Assembly: GCA_965648905.1 (NCBI GenBank)
Contig: CBFGIT010000033.1
Span: forward strand, 1 to 26,930
Reading direction: 5' to 3'
Length of the DNA stretch: 26,930 bases
Source: a candidate division WOR-3 bacterium
GTDB taxonomy: Bacteria; Hydrothermota; Tepidihabitantia; Tepidihabitantales; Tepidihabitantaceae
In this document: positions 23,977 through 26,930 of the stretch, one piece after another
Layout: the number at the start of each line of letters is the position of its first letter
Position numbering within the stretch: position 1 is the first letter of the stretch
Notes under the pieces: generated by a model
Seen by the model: the letters and a program-made list of their open reading frames with translations, nothing else
What the model was told of the DNA's origin: nothing
Database searches by the model: none
Translations under genes and position numbers: made by a program

Positions 23977-26930
23977 ACGAGGAATAGAGGACTGCTGCTC
24001 ACATTGCTTTGGGCACTCACTGCCGGAGTCGCACTCGGCGGCTGGCTGCCGCCGGACAGTGCCGGGAAGCAGGTCAGGGTGGAAATCGTCTCGCAGTCTG
24101 CGAGCCAGACCGTGCTCGACCTATTCGTCCCGGCAATCGAGACGACGGTCGTTGAAGTGGATGGTGCGCAGTACACCGTGGTCAATGCCCCGGGCACCGA
24201 CGCCACGGGTTTCGAGGAGGGCAGGCCCCGCGTACCGGTCGTCCCGCTGCTGCTGGCGGTTCCGGATGGGAGCAGCGTCAGTTGCAGCGTGTCGGTTGAG
24301 GAGAGTCAGACGCTCGATATATCGGACGTCTACCCGTTGCAGCCCGACCTGGATGATAGTGAGGAGCCGGGCCCGTTTGTCATCGACAGTGCCTTCTATC
24401 TCTTGGACACGGCATACCCCGGTATCAACGCACAGGCTGACAGCGCGCATCCATGGCGGCGCCTCACGGTCGCCGGGGTTGGTGCCTATCCGGTGCAGGT
24501 CAACCCGGGCGCCGGTTTGGTCAGGGTGGCCTCGCGGATGAGGATTACTCTGTACCACGCGGGCGGTACATACCCAGCATCGGTTGAAGGGTGGATGGCA
24601 CCGCTCTATGCCCGGCTGGTTGACAACTTTGGCGCGCTCAACGTCCAGCTCGACTCTGGTGCGCGCGGCCCGGTGGGGACCGAGTATCTGGTCATATGCC
24701 ACAGCACCCACGCCGGAAGCCACTGGCTCAAGGACTCGCTCCTGGGCTGGATTCGTCAGCGTGGGTATCAGACGAAGGTGATTAGCGGGTCATGGGGACC
24801 GGGCGACACCGCGGCCATCAAGGCACACATCCTGAGCGAGTACAGCGCCAACCCAACCCTGCGTTGGGTGCTGCTGGTCGGTGAGAGCCACCAGATCCCG
24901 ATGGGGCTGTACCTGCTCGGAACTGCACAAAGAGAGAGCTGCTGGAGTGATTTCTACTACGGCGAGGCTGACGGAGACCCGTGGTACACCGAGCTCGGCG
25001 TCGGCCGCCTGTCGGTGACGGACGGGGACGACTTGGAGAGGCAGGTTAGGAAGATACTCAAGTACGAACGGAGTCCGGAGGCGAACGGCGACTGGCTGAC
25101 AAGGGCATCTCTCGTCGTCACGCACGTGGAGCCCGGAGTGTTCGGGGCCAACGCGATGGCGATACTCACCTCGCCGTGCACGACCTTCTTCCGCTATTCG
25201 ATGGACACCATCATGGGGCATAGCTACAGCAACAGCGACGTGGCCAGCGCGGTGAACACGGGCCGCGGGATCGTGATGTACCGGGGGCACGGAGGCGTCA
25301 CGAAGTGGTCCGGCTGGTCGAGGAGCAGCGGCGACTGGGAGGTTGGAGACGTAGACGGCCTGGAGAATGAATCCCTGACGCCGGTAGTGTACAATGGCTG
25401 CTGTCATGTTGGCAACATCGCTATCTCCCGCTGCCTCGCCGAGGCGTGGATGCGCAAGATGCCAGGCGGCGCAGTGGCATCGCTGGGTTGCACAGAGGGC
25501 AGCAATAAGACAGCCAGCTCAGCACAAGCCTTCATGTTCATGGCCGCCCTGTGCGACGCCGGGCCGCTGCCCGGCGGGCTGGGGTACATTGCGCCCATAT
25601 TCCACATCGGCAACCTGTTGCAGTTCATGCAGGCGTACGTGGTGAAGACCTTCTCGGGGTCGCCGCTGAAGTACAAGAACGCCTACCGATACATGTTGCT
25701 CGGTGACCCGTCAATGCCAATCTGGTGCGGTGGGATGCCGGAGTTGGCCGTCGTCTCGGCACCCGATACGCTGTTGCCGGGCACACCGCTGTTGACCGTG
25801 AGCGTGACAATGGCAGGGGACAGCCGGCCGGTCAGAGGGGCCAGGGTGACGGTGATGAGAGATTCGACGGTCTACTCCTGGGCCTTGACCGGGCAGGCAG
25901 GGACTGCCACCTTGATGCTACCTCCGCACCAAGCCGGCTGGCTCAGAATGGCGGTTGGTGAGGGCCATGCCGCTACCAAGCCACACACGCCAATGCTGCT
26001 CTATTGCGACTCGCTCTGGTCCTGGGGCAAGGTCGGCTGGGCTCATTGTGAGACCATGCCGAGGTCTCCCTCTGGCAAGCTGGTCAGGGCCGGAGGATGG
26101 CTAGCCTGCAACCAGGGAGACGGCCGCATCTATGCGGCAAAGGGCAATCGAACCGAGGATTTCTATCGGTATAATCCGATCGCGGATAGTTGGTACTGGC
26201 TCAGCCGCGTCAAAGTCGGGCTCGAGGGCAAGCTGCCCTACAAGGGCTGCTGTGCGACTGCGGACGACGCGGACAACATCTACATGGTCAAGGGCAACAA
26301 CACCGTCGGGTTCTGGCGATACAGCACGACCGAAGACTCCTGGGTGCAGTTGCCGGACGTTCCGCTTGGCTGGCCACGCGCGAAGGTGAAAGGCGGCTCT
26401 GACGTTTCCTTCGTAAGCAAGAACGGCACCGACTACGTCTACCTGCTCCAAGGTAACGCGAACAGGTTCTACCGCTTCAACGTAACCAGCAACTCGTGGG
26501 AGGGCGTGCCAGACCCGCCCATCAGCGGCAGCGCGACGTGGTCAGACGGGTCTTTCCTGGTCTTTGATGGCGAGCGTTACGTCTACGCGCACCGCGCCAA
26601 GCGCAACGAACTCTGGCAGTTCGATACCCAGAACGACGTCTGGACCGGGCAACTGACCGGCATGCCTTTCCTGAACTTCATGGGCAGGAGAAAGAAGTCG
26701 AAGGAGGGCGGCTCGGGTGCCCTGTACGAGGGGAGCATCTACGCCCTGAAGGGTGGCAAGACCCAGGAGTTCTGGCGCTACTTCCCGCAGAGCGATTCCT
26801 GGGCAGAATACGACACCATTCCCACATGCGCACCGTGGAGCAGGAAGCGTACCAGAGTGCAGCACGGTGGGGACCTTACCGCGGTTCCGCAGTTGGGGCT
26901 ATTTGCACTCAAGGGGTCGAGAACCAACGA
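23977..26930 (+). CDS. Gingipain-like C25 cysteine peptidase (propeptide, catalytic domain, Ig-like region, Kelch-like repeats); runs off the window end
   Basis: Manually translated, open for ~984 codons. Propeptide (EEGRPRVP, VYPLQP, YPVQVNP), YLVI, VLLVGE, SDFYY, GVGRL, KILKYER, YRGHG (His at 25288), NGCCHVG (Cys ~25402), LLGDPSM, then KGNNTVGFWRY-type repeats. Confidence 0.9.

Noticed and set aside
1..26930. CRISPR array, tRNA/rRNA, transposase or integrase, hydrogenase structural gene hydA
   Set aside because: None seen. The repeats present are short-period tracts or isolated palindromes. hydA presumably lies elsewhere, which is common.

Overview
GC-rich bacterial window, probably from an anaerobic diderm such as candidate phylum WOR-3. 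That assignment is an inference from the many secreted beta-propeller and gingipain-like proteins carrying FlgD/T9SS-like C-terminal domains. Left to right it contains: the 3' end of a large secreted TolB-like protein; a minus-strand [FeFe]-hydrogenase maturation operon (TM1266-family regulator, hydG, aspA with an extra N-terminal domain, hydF, hydE) behind a near-consensus sigma70 promoter and a ~300-nt highly structured leader; a DUF4160/DUF2442 toxin-antitoxin-like pair; two small secreted-protein genes; a Kelch-repeat protein; a stand-alone recF; a tightly coupled operon (flavodoxin, NusG-II/EetA-like, Gx/EetB fused to EcfT/FmnA-like, ApbE, ECF sigma, zinc anti-sigma, periplasmic sensor, Spy/CpxP); a membrane-anchored methyltransferase; a PKD/PQQ-propeller protein; and a tandem YncE-like plus C25 protease arrangement. 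The last C25 gene is missing from the ORF track, appears to start at ACG and runs off the window end. The best candidates for novelty are the switch-like RNA leader of the hyd maturation operon and the EetB-FmnA-type fusion in a flavinylation operon. Other notable signals are three leaderless genes, 7/8-mer repeat tracts at hyd gene junctions, and GGGACA...TGTCCC palindromes, one of them inside a CDS.
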